DNA of 62,873 bases, filler included, from Dugesia japonica (lineage: Eukaryota): NCBI GenBank assembly GCA_001938525.1. It is 5 parts of 5 records of this genome, joined end to end, with 100 filler letters (N's around TTAATTAATTAA, not from the genome) between each part and the next. Parts side by side here need not be neighbours in the genome. Positions count along the whole stretch, not along the records: positions 20,802 to 32,404 come from MQRL01610227.1; positions 32,505 to 42,321 come from MQRL01627966.1; 3 more parts are not named here. One strand, 5' to 3'. How positions within the stretch are numbered: position 1 is the stretch's first letter; each line of letters opens with the position of its first letter. Shown here one piece after another: positions 23,330 to 38,460 of this stretch. Below the pieces are notes generated by a model, which had not been told where the DNA came from, did not search any database, and worked only from the letters and a program-made list of their open reading frames with translations. The position numbers were made by a program, and so were the translations under genes.

Positions 23330-25650
23330 ATACAATGCAAATTTTTGGAGAGAAATTAATAAAAATCAACAAATTCGAAAATGAATCTGAAGATAACACA
23401 TTCTGAGGATGATGGAAAAAATAACGCGTTAAAAGTGTTTAAAGGAATTGATAACCGAAAAACGGTTCAGTTGATCCAGAATTTTGTTGAAATATTCATG
23501 GCGTCAAAGTTTGAAATTGGACAGAATAGAAAAGTGATACATGAAATAAAAGTTAAAGGATATCCAATAGTACAACACTCTAAAAGACAGCTAATGCGTT
23601 TCGAAAAGAAATTTGAAGATATGATTTAACATTTAGTAAATATTGGTGTGATCAGAAAGTGTAATAGTCCTTGGAATTCTTCATTAGTGATTGTATTAAA
23701 ATAGGCGGCTTGATAAAAATGTGCTTTTATTACAGAAAAAGTGTCCTTTCCAATGCCAGACATTTAGTTATTATTAGATTGTTTATCTGACTCGAAAATA
23801 CTTTTATAAATTGATCTGGGCTAAGTCTATTACCAAATGAAGTTGGCGGAAAAGTCAAGTGATGAACTGCTTTTAGTACAAAAGAAGGTCAATGCAGATT
23901 TAACTGAATGCCTTTTGGATGAACCATTTTCTAAAAATTTTGCACGAGTTATTGAAGGAATTAATTTTCAAAGGAGGTGTTGTATATCTGAATGATATTT
24001 TGGTGTTCGGAAAAGTTTTTGAGGATTACGACAAGATGTTGGAAACAGTTTTTTATACGTTCAGCGATTTTGAATTAAAAATATGCCCAAAAATGTAGGT
24101 TTTATCATAAAGAAGTGCTGTTATTGTGACATACAGTGAGTTCAACTGGTATGCTTACAAATTTAGTTAAAATATGCTATTAAGATATGATATTAAGAAT
24201 GTTATAGTTCCAGTATGTTCTTTGAAACTTCATTTTTTATCGTACTAACAAACTATTACACGCGTTTCTTAAAAGGTTATGCAATGATAGCAGCTTTTTA
24301 TATGAAGAGAGATTTAACGTAAGAACAGACCACAAAGCGTTGGTCTTTCTGGAAACTAAAGAAACCAATCTACCCACAATTCCAAACGTGGATGGTGAAT
24401 TTGAGAGAGTATGATTTTAAACTCAAGTTTAGAAAAGGCGAAGAACGCAACAATGCAATTGGGTTGTTGAGGCTAAAGGAGAGTTTTTGTTCACAATACA
24501 GCATAAAACACATAGACGCTAATGGAGAAAAAGTGAGACTAAAACATCTCAATGGAATTCAACATGAGACTGATATATTTACAGTGATTTGACAGTCTCA
24601 GACAGAAGATTCAGAAATACAAAGCTGAGTAGCAATTTTTTGAGACGACGATTTAGATACTGAAAATTGTGAACAAGGAAACTATTGTAATAAACTGAAG
24701 CAAAATTGAAAATAGGGAATTATTTGTTAGTGCTGGAAATAGTAAATAAATCTCTGTTAATGGTTCCTACAAGCATGGTTGATAAAGTGATAAAGGAAAT
24801 TCATGAAGATTTATGTTATCTAGGAAGGCAATTAATTAAAGTATTGACAAATGCGAGATGTGTTCCAAAAGAAAAGTAATACAAAGTCGTACAAAAGAAA
24901 AAATTATACCGTGGATTAGCAAAAATTTCTTAGAACAAATCATAGTGAATATAGCTCAAATGGAACAGACCAAGTCTTGAAAGAAATATAGGGTGGTAAT
25001 TATTGATCGTTTTAGCAAACTAGTCAGTTTATCTGAAGTTTCAACAATGGATGAAGAGACGATTTTTATGATAATCTTGGACAAATGGATATCCTGTTTT
25101 AGTAAACCAAAATCCATTCTGACGGACAGAGGTGAAGTGTTCGAAAGTCAATGTAACACTAATGGTATACAGTCATTTAGTTTCGTGGAACGGTTTATCC
25201 TAACCGTGAGGGACATGATTATGATATCATTGAAAAATAAATGTAATGAGAATGATAAAGAGGCATTATTACCGAAGGAAGAATTCAGTATTAACTCTAC
25301 AATACAAGAGTCATCAATATTCTTTCATTTCAAAATTGTATTTAGTCGGAAGATAAATCCGCATACCAAAGAGTAAACCCTCTTAGGAGGAAGAACAGAC
25401 TGAGAAGAGAGAGAGAGCGACAGAATTTCTATTTGTGGCAGAAAATGTAACATTTTGAGAAAGATAAGCGAAGACAAAGGGAGAGTGTGGATTAGTCCAA
25501 GTATAACCACACAGAAAAAAGAAAATGGTTTGCTTTATGAAGGGACATTTAAATAACGAGGCTTATATCAGCACATCAAGAAGAAATCAAGTTTTTAAAT
25601 GGTTTGAAATTCAGAAGAAAGATGAAAAATGTTTTGAAGGAGGGGAGAGA
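23330..25650 (+). mobile_element. Degenerate Ty3/Gypsy pol (RT, RNase H, integrase) ending in a polypurine tract
   Basis: CNSPWNS, VYLNDIL, VRTDHKAL, VIIDRFSK, LTDRG motifs; GAAGGAGGGGAGAGA near 25636. Confidence 0.85.
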
Positions 25651-26759
25651 TTTTGAAATTTGAAATAACGTTGTTAGAATAATACACATTAACGTTATTA
25701 TTTATATTTAATGAATATTCTAAACATTTAGCTTTTTTCCAAGTATGGTTATTGTCACTATAATAAAGCTAATTTTTTAAAGTATAATAGAGTAAATTTT
25801 GTTTCAGAGATCCATATAGTTTTAATGATTTTTTCGTGTTGTATTTGGCTTATTGCGCTCATCTGATGTATTGAAATGTATTTAGTTCATTTCATGTATT
25901 ATTTTTGTAATTTTTTCATTGAGTTTGATGAATGTAATAGCTTTATTGTATTTATAATTAACGGACTTTAATGAATACGTTCTGTTGAATTTTAAATGTT
26001 GGAGGAGAGAATGTAATGGCATTGATTTAAGACGAAATAATTATCGTAAACAATGTGTAAAATAATTATTATTGAATTATTTTAATTTGATAAAGTTTTG
26101 CGATTATTCTCTTGTTCGTTTTCAAAATTTCTTTAACTATGACTCTGTCTGGGGAATATTTTGATTAATATGTTCATCTCATTACGTATTTGTTGATAAT
26201 TAATTTATTTCTATGAAGTTAAAATTAATAGATTGTATTTCAATAATGACTAAACTTAATGTCATACGGTTTTGTAAACATAATAGTTTTGTCTGAGATA
26301 TCAATTAGATTTAAATGATACCTGATTTGACATGTTTAAAATAATTAAATTCTTTTGTTTAATTAATGAATAGCTAAATTTGCATTAGTTGGTTACATGT
26401 TAGAAATATCAGTAATCATATGATAGTTTGAATGTTACCTAATTTGACATAGTTAAAATATGATTTAAATGATTTTTATTAAATATTGAATGACTTTATG
26501 ATAAGAATATATCAAAAGGTTACGTACTCATGCTAAATACATCCGTCATCTCTTTACAGTTCTAACAATAATTAATTTGAGATAATTAAAAAAATTAAAA
26601 TTTGATTGGTTAGTGTTACATTATATGGTTACGTAAATAGGCTAGGAATGCCTGGCATTTTATGGCAATTTGAACAATACCTAATTTGATCTGATAGAAT
26701 TAAAGTTGAAAGGTTTTGTTTAATTTTGAATGGTTATGATTATTTTATTATGACTAGTC

Positions 26760-27020
26760 AAATAGGATGCAGGACAAAAAGTCCTTGAATGGAAAACTGG
26801 GAACAAAGTCCATTTAGTTGAATATATTTAATATACCTATTCGGCATATCTCTTAGGCGCACTAATTTTAAATTCTCGCCTCAAAAAAACAACCATCAAT
26901 GAAATTTCAAGAACTAATCATTTTTCTGAATATTGGAATCACATGTTTTCAAATATAATTAGGTTTCATTCCCCTTCAATCTGGAAAGTCATAAGCAGCT
27001 TTCAAATAGTTAATGCCTCT
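26760..27020 (+). mobile_element. MULE transposase C-terminal relic
   Basis: RTNHFSEYWNHMFSNIIRFHSPSIWKVI resembles the RTNN..E.W...........P.IW motif. Confidence 0.5.
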
Positions 27021-28482
27021 GTTAGAATTGCTATTTCTTAAAGAATTTAATATTTTAAAAAATCTACAAGAACTTTCCGAAATTATATATTAAAAGAGTT
27101 ATCATAACAATTACAATATTGAAACAAAACATTCTCCTGACGATTTTTTCATCTAGTAATTTTAAAAATTGATTCAAAATATATAAATAAAATCATAAAT
27201 ACATAAAATGTATTTAACAATTATTTTGGATTTCAAATTATTAATTAAAAGTCTTTTATTTAATTTAATTCCATTTATTATTTTTAAATTTAAAATTTGC
27301 AAATCTCACAAACTCGTCGACTATATTCTACAAGGGTTTGTTGGAAATGTCATTAAAATGGGAGAATCACATCTCTATTGAAATGTAGAGGTGATTGAAA
27401 ACCAATTGCAATCGATACCAGAAAAGAATAAATAAATTGGAAGATATGTTGCAATGCAGTGAGCGTATTGTCCGGTTTTAATAAGGCTTACTTGTTAATA
27501 AATAATTAGTTATTTAATAAATAAAATTAAAAGATTTATTAAATAAATAAATGTGTTAACGAAATGTGAAAATGTTTTGTGGTAAATCATTTTACTTGAT
27601 TTTTACCCTCTATTAAACTTTTATTTATGGAAATTTTGTTGTTTGATAATTCTCATCTTAATCATTCCTACCTTAAATAGTAATTTTTAGAGGTAAAATA
27701 TAAATACACTTATTCCTCGATTTACACGGTAGATTGGTTCCTGAAAATTTCGTGTAAATGGAGACAAATATTTATAAGAGATTGGTTCCAACATAGTAAT
27801 AAACTCGTAAATCGAACCTATAAATCAATGGCAACAACTGTTGAACTTTCACCATGACTAAGTTGATCTATTATTTTTGTTACCAACGCTTATAATTTTC
27901 TTTACATTATTTTTCTCTCGATTTCTTTCAACAACAAAAGACTTTTAAAATAAAAATAATTTTTTTACTTAATAATATGCTTACTGTTATGGAAATTTTC
28001 GAAAAATGTGCTATCAAATTCAGAATAATATTACATTACACAAATCTGCTCTTGTTGTATTATTTAAACTCAATATATTAGTTACATGTATTACTTATTA
28101 GATATTTATAACAAATGAATGTAAAGTAGAAAAGATACAGAGACATTTCACATAAAATTTAGAAATATTACAGAAGCAATATATAATAATATATTAGATC
28201 AAATAAATAAAAGATCAAAAGAACAAATCAGGCATTATTAAGAACAAAAAAATCGAATTATTATATCAAATAATAACATCAGCGTGGTTAATGTTTATTT
28301 CAATCAAATAGGTTAAATATTTATGAAATAAATATTAGATAATATAATCACAAAATATTCAAGTTAATTATTAAAACTTAAATACAATATTTTACAGTAT
28401 ATTTTAATGAAAATTGCATTAGCATTGTTAGTTNNNNNNNNNNNNNNNNNNNNNNNNNNNNNNNNNNNNNNNNNNNNNNNNN

Positions 28483-30620
28483 TAACACAAAATTTCAAAT
28501 CTTCAAATCTTCCAAAAAACTATGTTTTTAAAAGCTGAATATTTAAACAAACATTTTAAATATTTTTACAAATTCTTGAAATATTTTAAAACATTTTCTT
28601 TAAAATTTAAATTGCCATTTTCAATTTTTAATACTTACACCATCCTCGATTAAAATAATTTTTTAAGCTCCTTTCTAGCCATTTTCCCTTTGTATTTCGT
28701 ATACGATATCTTCTCTCATGTATCTTTCATTGTCTTGTGTTCTAGTTTAATCAATACTTCGTCTCCCACTTGAAATTGTTTTTTGTAGGAGTTTCTTCCA
28801 TTAACTCTTTGTCATCTTTTTGGCTGTCAAACCATTATTCTCTGTGAATTCTCTTACTGAATACTAATTCTGCTGGTGATATCCCAAATGTCTTTTGCCT
28901 TCTCGCATTCATCGTGTATTCAATCTCCGGTATCCCGTTACTCCAATCCTTTATTCTATCTTCATCTGCGGCTGCGTTAATAGTCTCTAATTGTGCGGAA
29001 TTGTCTCTCTATAATTCCGTTTGTATTGTGATGGTACTTGAAAAGTGTATTTCCATATTCATCGATTCCATCAAATTCTTGAAGTTTTTCGATTCAAATG
29101 TCTTACCGCTATCTACGCGAACTTCTATTGGCGCTCCAAATCTCAAGATCCATTTTTCCATTATCACTTTTTTAATCGTCTCATCATCTTGCTTGCTGAT
29201 CGCAGTTAGGCTTACGTATCGACTGTATTGGTCTATTATTCCACATAAATATCTTTGTCTGTTCAATGTCTCTAGAAAAGGCTTACATATGTCCGTATAT
29301 ATCTTTTCAAATGGACAATTTGCTCTTAATTTTACTGTTGGCTTTTTTGTTGCCACCGTATTAACTTTTTTCTTTTAGCACGCTTCACACTATCTTATCA
29401 CTTCTGTGATTGTCTTCTTCAGTTCTTCCATTTCGCAGTTGCTGATTATATAGCTGATAATTTTCTCTGTCCCTGCATGTATTAAAAATGTATGTATCTC
29501 TTTGATCATTGATATTCTTTTCTCTTTTGGAATACAAATTTTCCCATCACTTGTTTTCACTTCATGCTGTTACTTCCACATAATTCTTCTAGGGCTCTTG
29601 ATTTCTTTGAATAATTCTTGATGAATCTCCTGTCATAATTTCATATTCCAAGAAAGCTTCTCAGGTTCTTTACGCATTTGGGTTTCTCAAAATTTTTGAT
29701 AGCTTTGATTTTCATTGGATCTGTTCAAATTCCTTCTTTATCTATTATGTGGCCAAGAAATTTTACTTCTTTGCGTAATAGATGACATTTTTCTGGATTC
29801 ACTCGCAACCCTGCCGTTTGGATCCGCTCTAATACCTTACCCAGAGTTATATAATGTTCTTTTAGTTCTTCTGAGAATATCATTATGTCATCCATATACA
29901 TCATTACTCATCTAGACCGTCCAATAATTTTGTCATTAGTTCTAGGAATGTTCCTGGGGCTGCTGCTATGCCGAATGGCATTCTTGTGAAGCAAAATTGA
30001 CCATTTTTGTCGAAAAGGTTGTTTTCTCTTCTGACGCTTTTTCTAACGGTACCTGGTAATACGCGTTTCCCAAGTCTATGGAACTGAAATATTTGGCTCC
30101 ATACAAATTGTCTAACATTTATTCTACGTTTGGCATCAGGAAGGCCTGTCGTTCCGTAACTGTATTTAGTTTTCTGAAGTCCAAGCAAAGTCTCACATCC
30201 CTTCTTTCTTTCTTCCAGACGCATATCAGTGGTGTGTTTCACTGCGAATTACATTTTCTTATAATAGCGTCCACGAAATATTTTATGGCTGTATCTATTT
30301 TTTCTTCTAGATTTATGAGTTGTCTCCAAGGCTTCGTATTTATTGAGTTACCCTTTGTCACTATCTTGTGTTCCGCTAACGTTGTGCATCCGACACCCTA
30401 GTTATCTGCCATGAATACTCCTCAATGTTTTACTATTACTTTTTCCGGTTTTTCGTCTCGTTTTGTCATCAAAATTTTCAAAGCTCTCTATTCTCTTTCA
30501 GCATCTTCGATTTTACGACCAAACTTTGAATCTATGTTGCAGATTCACTGTTCATCTTCATAATCTTTTTTTTCTTTCGTTAAACGGTATCCAAACTGGC
30601 GTTGCATACTTATTCCTCCG
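28483..30620 (-). mobile_element. Degenerate, internally deleted Ty3/Gypsy element with the start of a 3' LTR at 28639
   Basis: RMPFGIAAAPGTF, PFEKIYTDIC, GIIDQYSRY, RVDSGKTF; purine tract GAGGATGG then TGTAAG on the minus strand. Confidence 0.85.
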
Positions 30621-30838
30621 ACAAGATTTGGACTCATTTCTTCCACTACGGCTAATTGAACTGTTTTCTTATTGTTTTCGATCTAAAATTCTATATATGT
30701 CTTACCCGCAATGTTCATTCTGCTATTATCTTTTGAAACTAGTAGATGTTTCAATTGAAACAGATTTGACGCTACATTTATCATATGATTTATATTAAAC
30801 CAAAGTTTTCAAATAAACTTTATTTTTAAAGATTTTAA

Positions 30839-32250
30839 ATGTATGCAGTTACAATGACAACTAAGAATAAGTTGATGCTTAACGATGGTGAGTTTGAATA
30901 CTACTGGGTTTGCACTAAATTTGGAATATGCAATAGTCGGCTAACAACGAATTTGGTGTCTGGCAGCAATGATATTATAGTATATAGTAGTAAGCCACAC
31001 TCTTATTTTTCAATTTCTTGTGATATCATAGTCAGGAAGGTGACACAAAGGATAGAGAATAAATCCTTGGAAAATCCTACTGCTTAGCCTTCTATTATAA
31101 TACAAGAAGAGCTACGTTCTAAAAGCGATTTGAAAGTTTTAGCCAGTATAGCCGAAAAAACATCAATGTTTAAGACAGTTAATAGGATACAGAATTCCTA
31201 AAGATCAATTATACCTAATACTAGTTCATGTTGCATAATGAACTCGCCAAATAATACTAAATATATTGGAACACTATTTCTAAGATATGATTCTGGAGTT
31301 AAAGATATTCTGAGTTTTAATTTTTTATTCTGATGATTAGTCTAAATATATAAGTAGAATTCCTCATTTATATGCTAATGAGACATTTAATACAGTTTCA
31401 TGTATTCTTTCCAGTTATATACAATACACTGAGAGGTATGAGGGCATAGCTTTTGTTTTACGTATGTTCTGTGTCTTCGTAAATTGAAGTATTCTTAAAA
31501 ATTAATTTATCAGCATATAATCACTTAGCAATGGATTAATTTTAAATCCAGAAACTATTATGACGGACTTTGAAATTGGAGTTTGAAAAGCAATATCAGA
31601 AGTCTTTCCAAATAGTTGAGTTAAAGGATTTCTGTTTCATTTTAATCAATCACTATGGAGAAAATTCGAAGAAGATGTTTCTTGACTATATATGAGTATA
31701 GAAAGCATATAAATAAAAGATTCCTTGTTAAAATATATGGTTCTTCCATTTATACCTGAAGAAGATATAATTGATGTATTCAAAGACCTTTTTAGCAGTT
31801 TATCTCCAGTATTAGAAGATTTCCTGAAATATATTGGCCGTGTATATATTGGAGCCGAACATAATGGTGAAAAAAGGAATTTAATTACTCTAAAATTTGC
31901 TGTCAATACTTTGAATTGTTATAATTCTGTATTTTCCGAATATCGGAGGGCAAATAATGTCAAACTATGGAATTCTCGATTTCACAAAGTAGTTGCAAAG
32001 CATTCAGCAATATGGAAATACATAAATTATTTGAAAAATCATGAATAAGATAATACAATTTTGATTTCGCAACTGCTGGCAGGTCATACTAAAATCAGAC
32101 ATCCAATTAAAAAAATATTTTTTCAATAATAGTAAGATCGAAATTATTGTTCAATTCTATGCAAAATGTAAAAGAAACGGAGATATAGGTGATTATATTT
32201 AAAGCATAGGAAAATTACTCAAAAATAACTTTGTATTTATTGATGAATAA
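30839..32250 (+). mobile_element. MULE transposase pseudogene with N-terminal FLYWCH-like domain
   Basis: YWVC....C.SR..T, FLRYDSG, FQLYTIH, MTDFE, LFHFNQSLWRK, HSAIWKYI. Confidence 0.85.
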
Positions 32251-32799
32251 AAGTTAAATTCTTAAATTATAATATTTTTCTGATCACATGATATTATTAT
32301 AAAGATTCATAGAAATTATAAATTTTATGTGTGTTAGGTTACGATACAACAACAATTTACTACAAATATTTATTAGATATCAAAATATATTCTGAATCAC
32401 TTCTNNNNNNNNNNNNNNNNNNNNNNNNNNNNNNNNNNNNNNNNNNNNTTAATTAATTAANNNNNNNNNNNNNNNNNNNNNNNNNNNNNNNNNNNNNNNN
32501 NNNNGACACAAATAAAAAATGAGTTTTTATAATTTTTATCCAAAATTAATGATCTAAGTAGTATTCGATAGAGAAACTCTCCCTAATCAAGAATATATAC
32601 GGTAAAAATAATCAAATTAAATTACTTCAAAAATATTTGACATTTTGTGATTCTCAATAATTAATTTAAAAATAAAACGTATCTCCAAATTTATAATTAA
32701 AGTATCTATTTGATAGAGAATTTTACGGTTATTAATAATATCATCACCTAAAATCGTCAAACCTTATACATAAAAAGTTATATTGAAGCAAAATGCATA

Positions 32800-35700
32800 C
32801 GTTTTGAGTGTTTCCGAGGAAGTAATGAATTTTGAAATAGTAACTCAAATAAAAGGGAGCAGGAAAGGCTGGTCACCTGTCTAATTGACGAAGAACTATT
32901 GACTAAATTTGCTGAAACATTTGGAAAAATAGAAGGTTTCTAAGGACGATTAAGACGGGTATTTAGTAAAGAAAGAGATGTCATTCCAGACATGAAAGAC
33001 ATGATATATATCAGAAGAAGAGACGAGGGTATCAATAATTATATCAAGAAAGTAGAAGATTTTGTGGAAAAACTCTTTGCAAATAAGGAATTTACAAAGA
33101 AAAAGGTAAGAACTAGGTTGCTGGTACAATCTGCAGGAAATAAAAGGGTAGAAGATGAAGCCATTTTACGTAAGATACAAAAAGTTGAAGAAATCAAAGA
33201 GACTTTGAAACCTTTAGATAAAGTGAGAAATAATGAAGACACAGATAATATTATGAGTTTCATAGCAGCTGTGAAAAGAGATAGAAAAAATGTAGAGGTC
33301 CTGAGACGAGACGACCCGAAATACAAAATTTTGAAACGCGACAAAGTGTAATACCTAAATTTGGAAACGTACAACTAGATAGACATAGAAACGGGAAAAT
33401 GACGTTGGTGTGTTGAATTGCAATAAAGTCGTTCACATGAGATAGGAATGCCAGTTTAATTCAAGGATCAAGTGTTGGATATGTTATCGAGTTGGTCATA
33501 CTAGCAAAAGATGTCCAAAGAAAAAACCTATTTAGAGGTTTCAATGTGTACAGGGAGGCCATATCATTAGAGAATGTTAAGAAAGAAACAATAAAAGAAC
33601 AGTTATGGAAGATATAAAACAAGAAGAAATGGCAATTATTATCTTGAAAAAGAGACAAGAAGGTTAAATAATTATAACGAGAGAGGTTATAATAGATATG
33701 AATAGTTGAATGCAACAGATGAGATGATAAACCGGGGAGACGAAGAGGAAACCGGAAGTGTTGAAGGGAATATCAGTGAGGTCTCCTATAGAAGACAAGT
33801 TAGTCGAAACCATATACTAAAAGTTAGTTCTATCGTATTTCCTCGGGAAATTGAGCGCTGGGAGAATGCAGAGAAGATTGGAGAGAAAATGCTCAGGTTT
33901 TTATGTAGATAGTCATTCAAGGAGAATGCAGACATAGGGACAGTAATGATGGTAGAAGCAAATTGCAAAGTGAAAATTGAATATAAAAAATTTCATGGCA
34001 GACCCAGTGTGGATATACAAGTTGATGAGAAACGGATGAACTGTTTATTAGATAGAATAAATGTACCTAGCGCGGAAGGTTGGATGAAATTGGAGAGTAA
34101 ACAATTGTAGGAATGCGAGATGAAATTGCGGTGAGCAAATAACAGCATACTTGAAACAATGGAGAAAGTAAGATTGAATGTACATGTTGGCAAAAAGAAA
34201 GAAGAAATTGTTTTCATGGTGAGAAAACAAGTGGTTCCAAAAATGATTGGAGGTAAAAAATTTCTGAATATTTTAAGATTTCGCTTAGAGCAAAGTAAAG
34301 AAGAGAGACGGAAGTTCGAAAGGAAAGAGTATATTTGTAATTTGGAGGCGAAGTTTAGAAAAAAAATTGATCTGGGTGAACGTTGGGACAAGGCAAAAAG
34401 TGCCATTGATTGTAGAGATGACAAGCGGTTGATGGAAAAAAATATATTAAATAGAGAGGTTTTTAAGGCGAATAAATTGGATGTGGGCAAGACACATTTA
34501 ATTAAAGCTACAATCAATACAAAAGGGAGTTCTATTAATATAAAGCCATATCGACAACCGATAAATTTGGAGGATAAAATAGATGAAGCAATTAGAAATC
34601 TTTTCAAAAACGATATCATTAGGAGATGTAATTCGCCATGGAATACTACCATGGTGTGCGCGTGGAAAAAAGACAAAAACGATATTAGGTTATGTTTGGA
34701 CTTTAGAAGATTGAAGGAAATTACAGAGAGACAGGCACTTCCTATGCTAAATGTGGAAGAAATGTTGGACACATTGAATGGGACAATTTATTTTACTTCG
34801 ATTGACCTTGGAAATGCCTATTATCAGGGGGAGTTTGATAAACAGTCGCAGGGAAAAATCGCATTTTCCACAAAGCAAGGATAATACTGCTTCAAGAGAA
34901 TTCCGTTTGAAATAGCTGCAGATCCAGGAACATTTCAGGAGATGATTAATGAATTAATCAAGATAATTTGTGGAGCAATGGTATATTTGGATGATATTTT
35001 GATTTTCTCTAAATTAAAAGAAGAGCATTATCAGATTATTGGTCAATTGTTGGATAGGATTTAAGCAGCAGACTTGAGGGTGAATCCAGAAAAATGTACA
35101 TTTATGAAGGAGGAAATTAAATTTTTTGGTCATATAATCAGCAAGAAGGAAATTCAAACAGACCCAATAAAAGTAGAGGTCATTAGATCATTTGGAGAAC
35201 CTAAGTGCGTACATAAAATGCGCATTTTTTAAGGAATATGTAATTATTATAGAAAATTCATTAAGGACTATTTGACTAAGGCGAGGAAGCTTGAATAACT
35301 ATGTAATGGACCTACTAATACAAAATTAGTATAGTCATCTGAACTGACAGAGATTTTCAAAGGATTGAAGACGGTAATTGCGTATAGATCCCATAAATTG
35401 ACGTCTCATGAATTAGGATACTGCACAACTAGGAAAGAATTGTTAGCAGTATATTATTTTTGCTTACATTTTAAACACTACTTGTACGTTAGACGTTTCA
35501 CATTGAGAACAGATCATAAAGCGATTACTTTTATGTTAAAAACGAAGAAACCAGTGACGAGTGAATTTCAAACATGGATCAATTTTCTTAGAAGCTTAGA
35601 TTTTAACCTAGAATACAGAAAAGGGATATTATATAGAAACGCGGATGGTTTGCGCAGACTAGTGTGTGATAGATTTACACAATGTCAAACGGAGCACGAG

Positions 35701-36500
35701 GGAGCAAAGATAGAGATTCCTTTAGAATCCTGATATTTACGAACAATAAAGATCAACACTATGAAGTAACTGAAAAAGGTTTGACGGAAATAATGAAAGC
35801 TTGTCTTAGAATTAATCCAAAAAAATGTCAATTTCTTCAGAGCAAAATCAGATTTGTTGAACACATAATTAGCAGAGATGGTGTCAAAAACTGATCCATT
35901 TAAAATATAAGCAATAGGAATATTAGGAAAACCTAACTGTGTGAAGAAGCTGCGAAAGATTTTAGGAATATGTAATTATTACAAGAAGTTGGTAGAAAAT
36001 TACGCAAGAAAGTCAAGGATCTTAGAGCAATTGTGTAGCGGACCAAGCAACAAGAAGTTAGAATACACAGATGAAAAAAACGATACTATTGAGGTTCTGA
36101 AAAAATCTCTATTTACTACACCAATATTGTGTTTTCCAGATTTAAATAGAAAATTTATTTAGATGCCAGTTTTGATACAATTGGAGAAGCATCATCACAG
36201 AGAGATAAAGAAGGAATAGAAAGAGTTGTTGCATATAGATCACACTCAATGGCGATTCATGAAAAGGGATATTACATCACTAGAAAGGAATTATTCGCTG
36301 TTTGTTATTTCTGCATGCACTTCAAACATTACTTGTACACGAGAAGATTTACTCTTATAACAGACCAAAAAACTCTAACTTTCATGATGACGACGAAGAA
36401 ACCAATGACGTTAGAAGTTCAAACATGGATTATAAGTAGTCTAGAAATGATTTTGGAATATAGAAAATGAATGCAACATGGTAATACAGATATGTTATTA
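32800..36500 (+). mobile_element. Degenerate Ty3/Gypsy gag-pro-RT-RNase H with a second, diverged RT-thumb/RNase H block
   Basis: CCHC knuckles (CWICYRVGHTSKRC), CNSPWN, LCLDFR, IDLGNAYYQ, VYLDDIL, RTDHKA; the NPKKC..RKEL..TD block recurs at 35730-36500. Confidence 0.9.
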
Positions 36501-36799
36501 AATATTAATTAAACAGTACGTTTACCACTAGTGAAGAGTGAAGACCTGTAAATATCAGATTAAAATCAGTAAGGGAGAGAAAAGAATAGTATAAGATAAT
36601 CATTAGATAATCATAAAAGACTAGTAAGAAGATCATTGATGAGTGAAATCTAGCACACAGTGTATAATGAGCAGAGCTTTGATAACCGAGGATCAGTGAA
36701 GAGTGGGAAAACCAATAAGTGAGAGAAAACTTATATGAAGAGTAAACATTCTTCCAAATTCATCAAAACACCATTCAAAATTTGACCTCACAGAGTAAA

Positions 36800-38460
36800 T
36801 TATTAGCCTATTTTATGTTCCTCGGGCCAGAATCCCAAATTACGTACTTGTTATTTCTATATAACTTTCTACCTATAAGATTTGACGGTTTTAAATTTAC
36901 ATATTTGGAATCAATTTAAAATTCTCTATCAAATAGATTGGTTTATAATTAATTCTAAGACACTTTTTTAAAATTAGTTATTGAGAATTTAAAACTTTAA
37001 ACTTTTTTCAAAGTAATTCGGTTTGACAAGTTTATAACTTATGTATTCTTGATTAACGTAAATTACTCTATCAAATTAGTACTTGGACCATTAAATTTAA
37101 ATGAAAATTATAAAAAATAACTTTTTTTATGTTTCGGTTAAGCATCCTTGGGATTTTTTATCTTAACTTTTCAAATTTTCTCTGTCAAAATTAGGTTAAA
37201 TGATTTTAGGTAATGTTCTTTTTTGATCAGTGAAAAATTATCTATCATAAAATGTTCATTTCGTTACTATTTGAGGAGACAGACTTTCGAAAATTGTCCA
37301 CAATTCTCGGGTTTATTTCATTTTTCTCAGCCATATACAAAATTTCGTGATTTTTAACTAAATCAGTCATGATCAGCTGAAATTTCTCGATCAAATAAAC
37401 AAGTTTTTAATTAAATTTGAGAACAAAATATTTTTCGCATAAATTATTTTTAGCTAGAAATGATCTTGAGGTTATTCCAAATCGATCGATGAAAAAATCT
37501 GGTTAAAAAACCTTTCAAAAAGTTTTCGAAATTTTGGATTTTCATTCGAATTCCATAAAAATTTGATTGAAAAATTTAAAAGTTTTCATATTATTTAAAC
37601 AACATATATTGCTCACCCGAATTTCCATAAAATAATCCAATAAATACCTTTTAAAAACCGTAAAATTTAAACAAATCCGACGTTTCCAATGACTTTTCTT
37701 AAAATATTTAATCCAAATTGACCAAATCGAGGAAATTATCATCTAAATTCGACCAAAACTAATCCTTATAAGTAATAAATTGAATAAGATTGCCCAAACT
37801 TGTCCATACCGATGAAAGATTCAACCAAGATTGTCCAAAGATAACCCAAACTGACAAATCCAAGGAAATTCCTAACTAAAATTATCTAGATTTGACCTTA
37901 CAGAGTAAATTATCACCTAAAGTTACCTAAAACTACACTTGATTAAACCTCACCGAGTAAAATTTAAACCGAATTAAGCAAACTAGAGGAAACGTTTGAC
38001 CAAATTCACCTAAAAATCACACGAAATAAGTCAAATTTGATCAGTTCAAGGAAAGATTTAACCAAATCGAAGAACATTTGACAGAATCGGCCGAAACCGA
38101 GTAAAAAATTGAACGAAAAAGTTTGGGATGTTCTCCTGGATTCCCATTAAATTTTTTTGCCCCCTAAAAAGCTTGTAAAATACTACAGCTTAAAAAGACT
38201 AAATTTTAAAAAATAATTGAAAGTTCTGTAATCGCATATAAATTTTGTTCGCCAACTAAAATCATGAAAAATAGCCTCTCTTAATTCTATTAGATATAAT
38301 TTCGACGAATACATTAATCTAATCACACAATATGTGTGCAAAATATTTCCTAATATTACCTAATAGGATATCATTTTAAAATTTCCAACGAAAAACATCA
38401 GGATTAAGTTTCATGAAATCACTAATTCTGGGGATGTATTAAATGTGTGCATAGGTAGTA
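36800..38460 (+). repeat. Left arm of a long diverged inverted repeat (partner 40730-41890; partial inverted copy at 32505-32790)
   Basis: e.g. 37648 CTTTTAAAAACCGTAAAATTTAAACAAATCCGAC vs the reverse complement of 41253-41285; ATGAAACTTAATCCT at 38400 (-) and 40771 (+); internal short TGACCAAA-type subrepeats. Confidence 0.7.

Noticed and set aside
33993-34772. 259-aa minus-strand ORF and similar antisense ORFs over pol genes
   Set aside because: Antisense shadows of recognisable Gypsy coding sequence.
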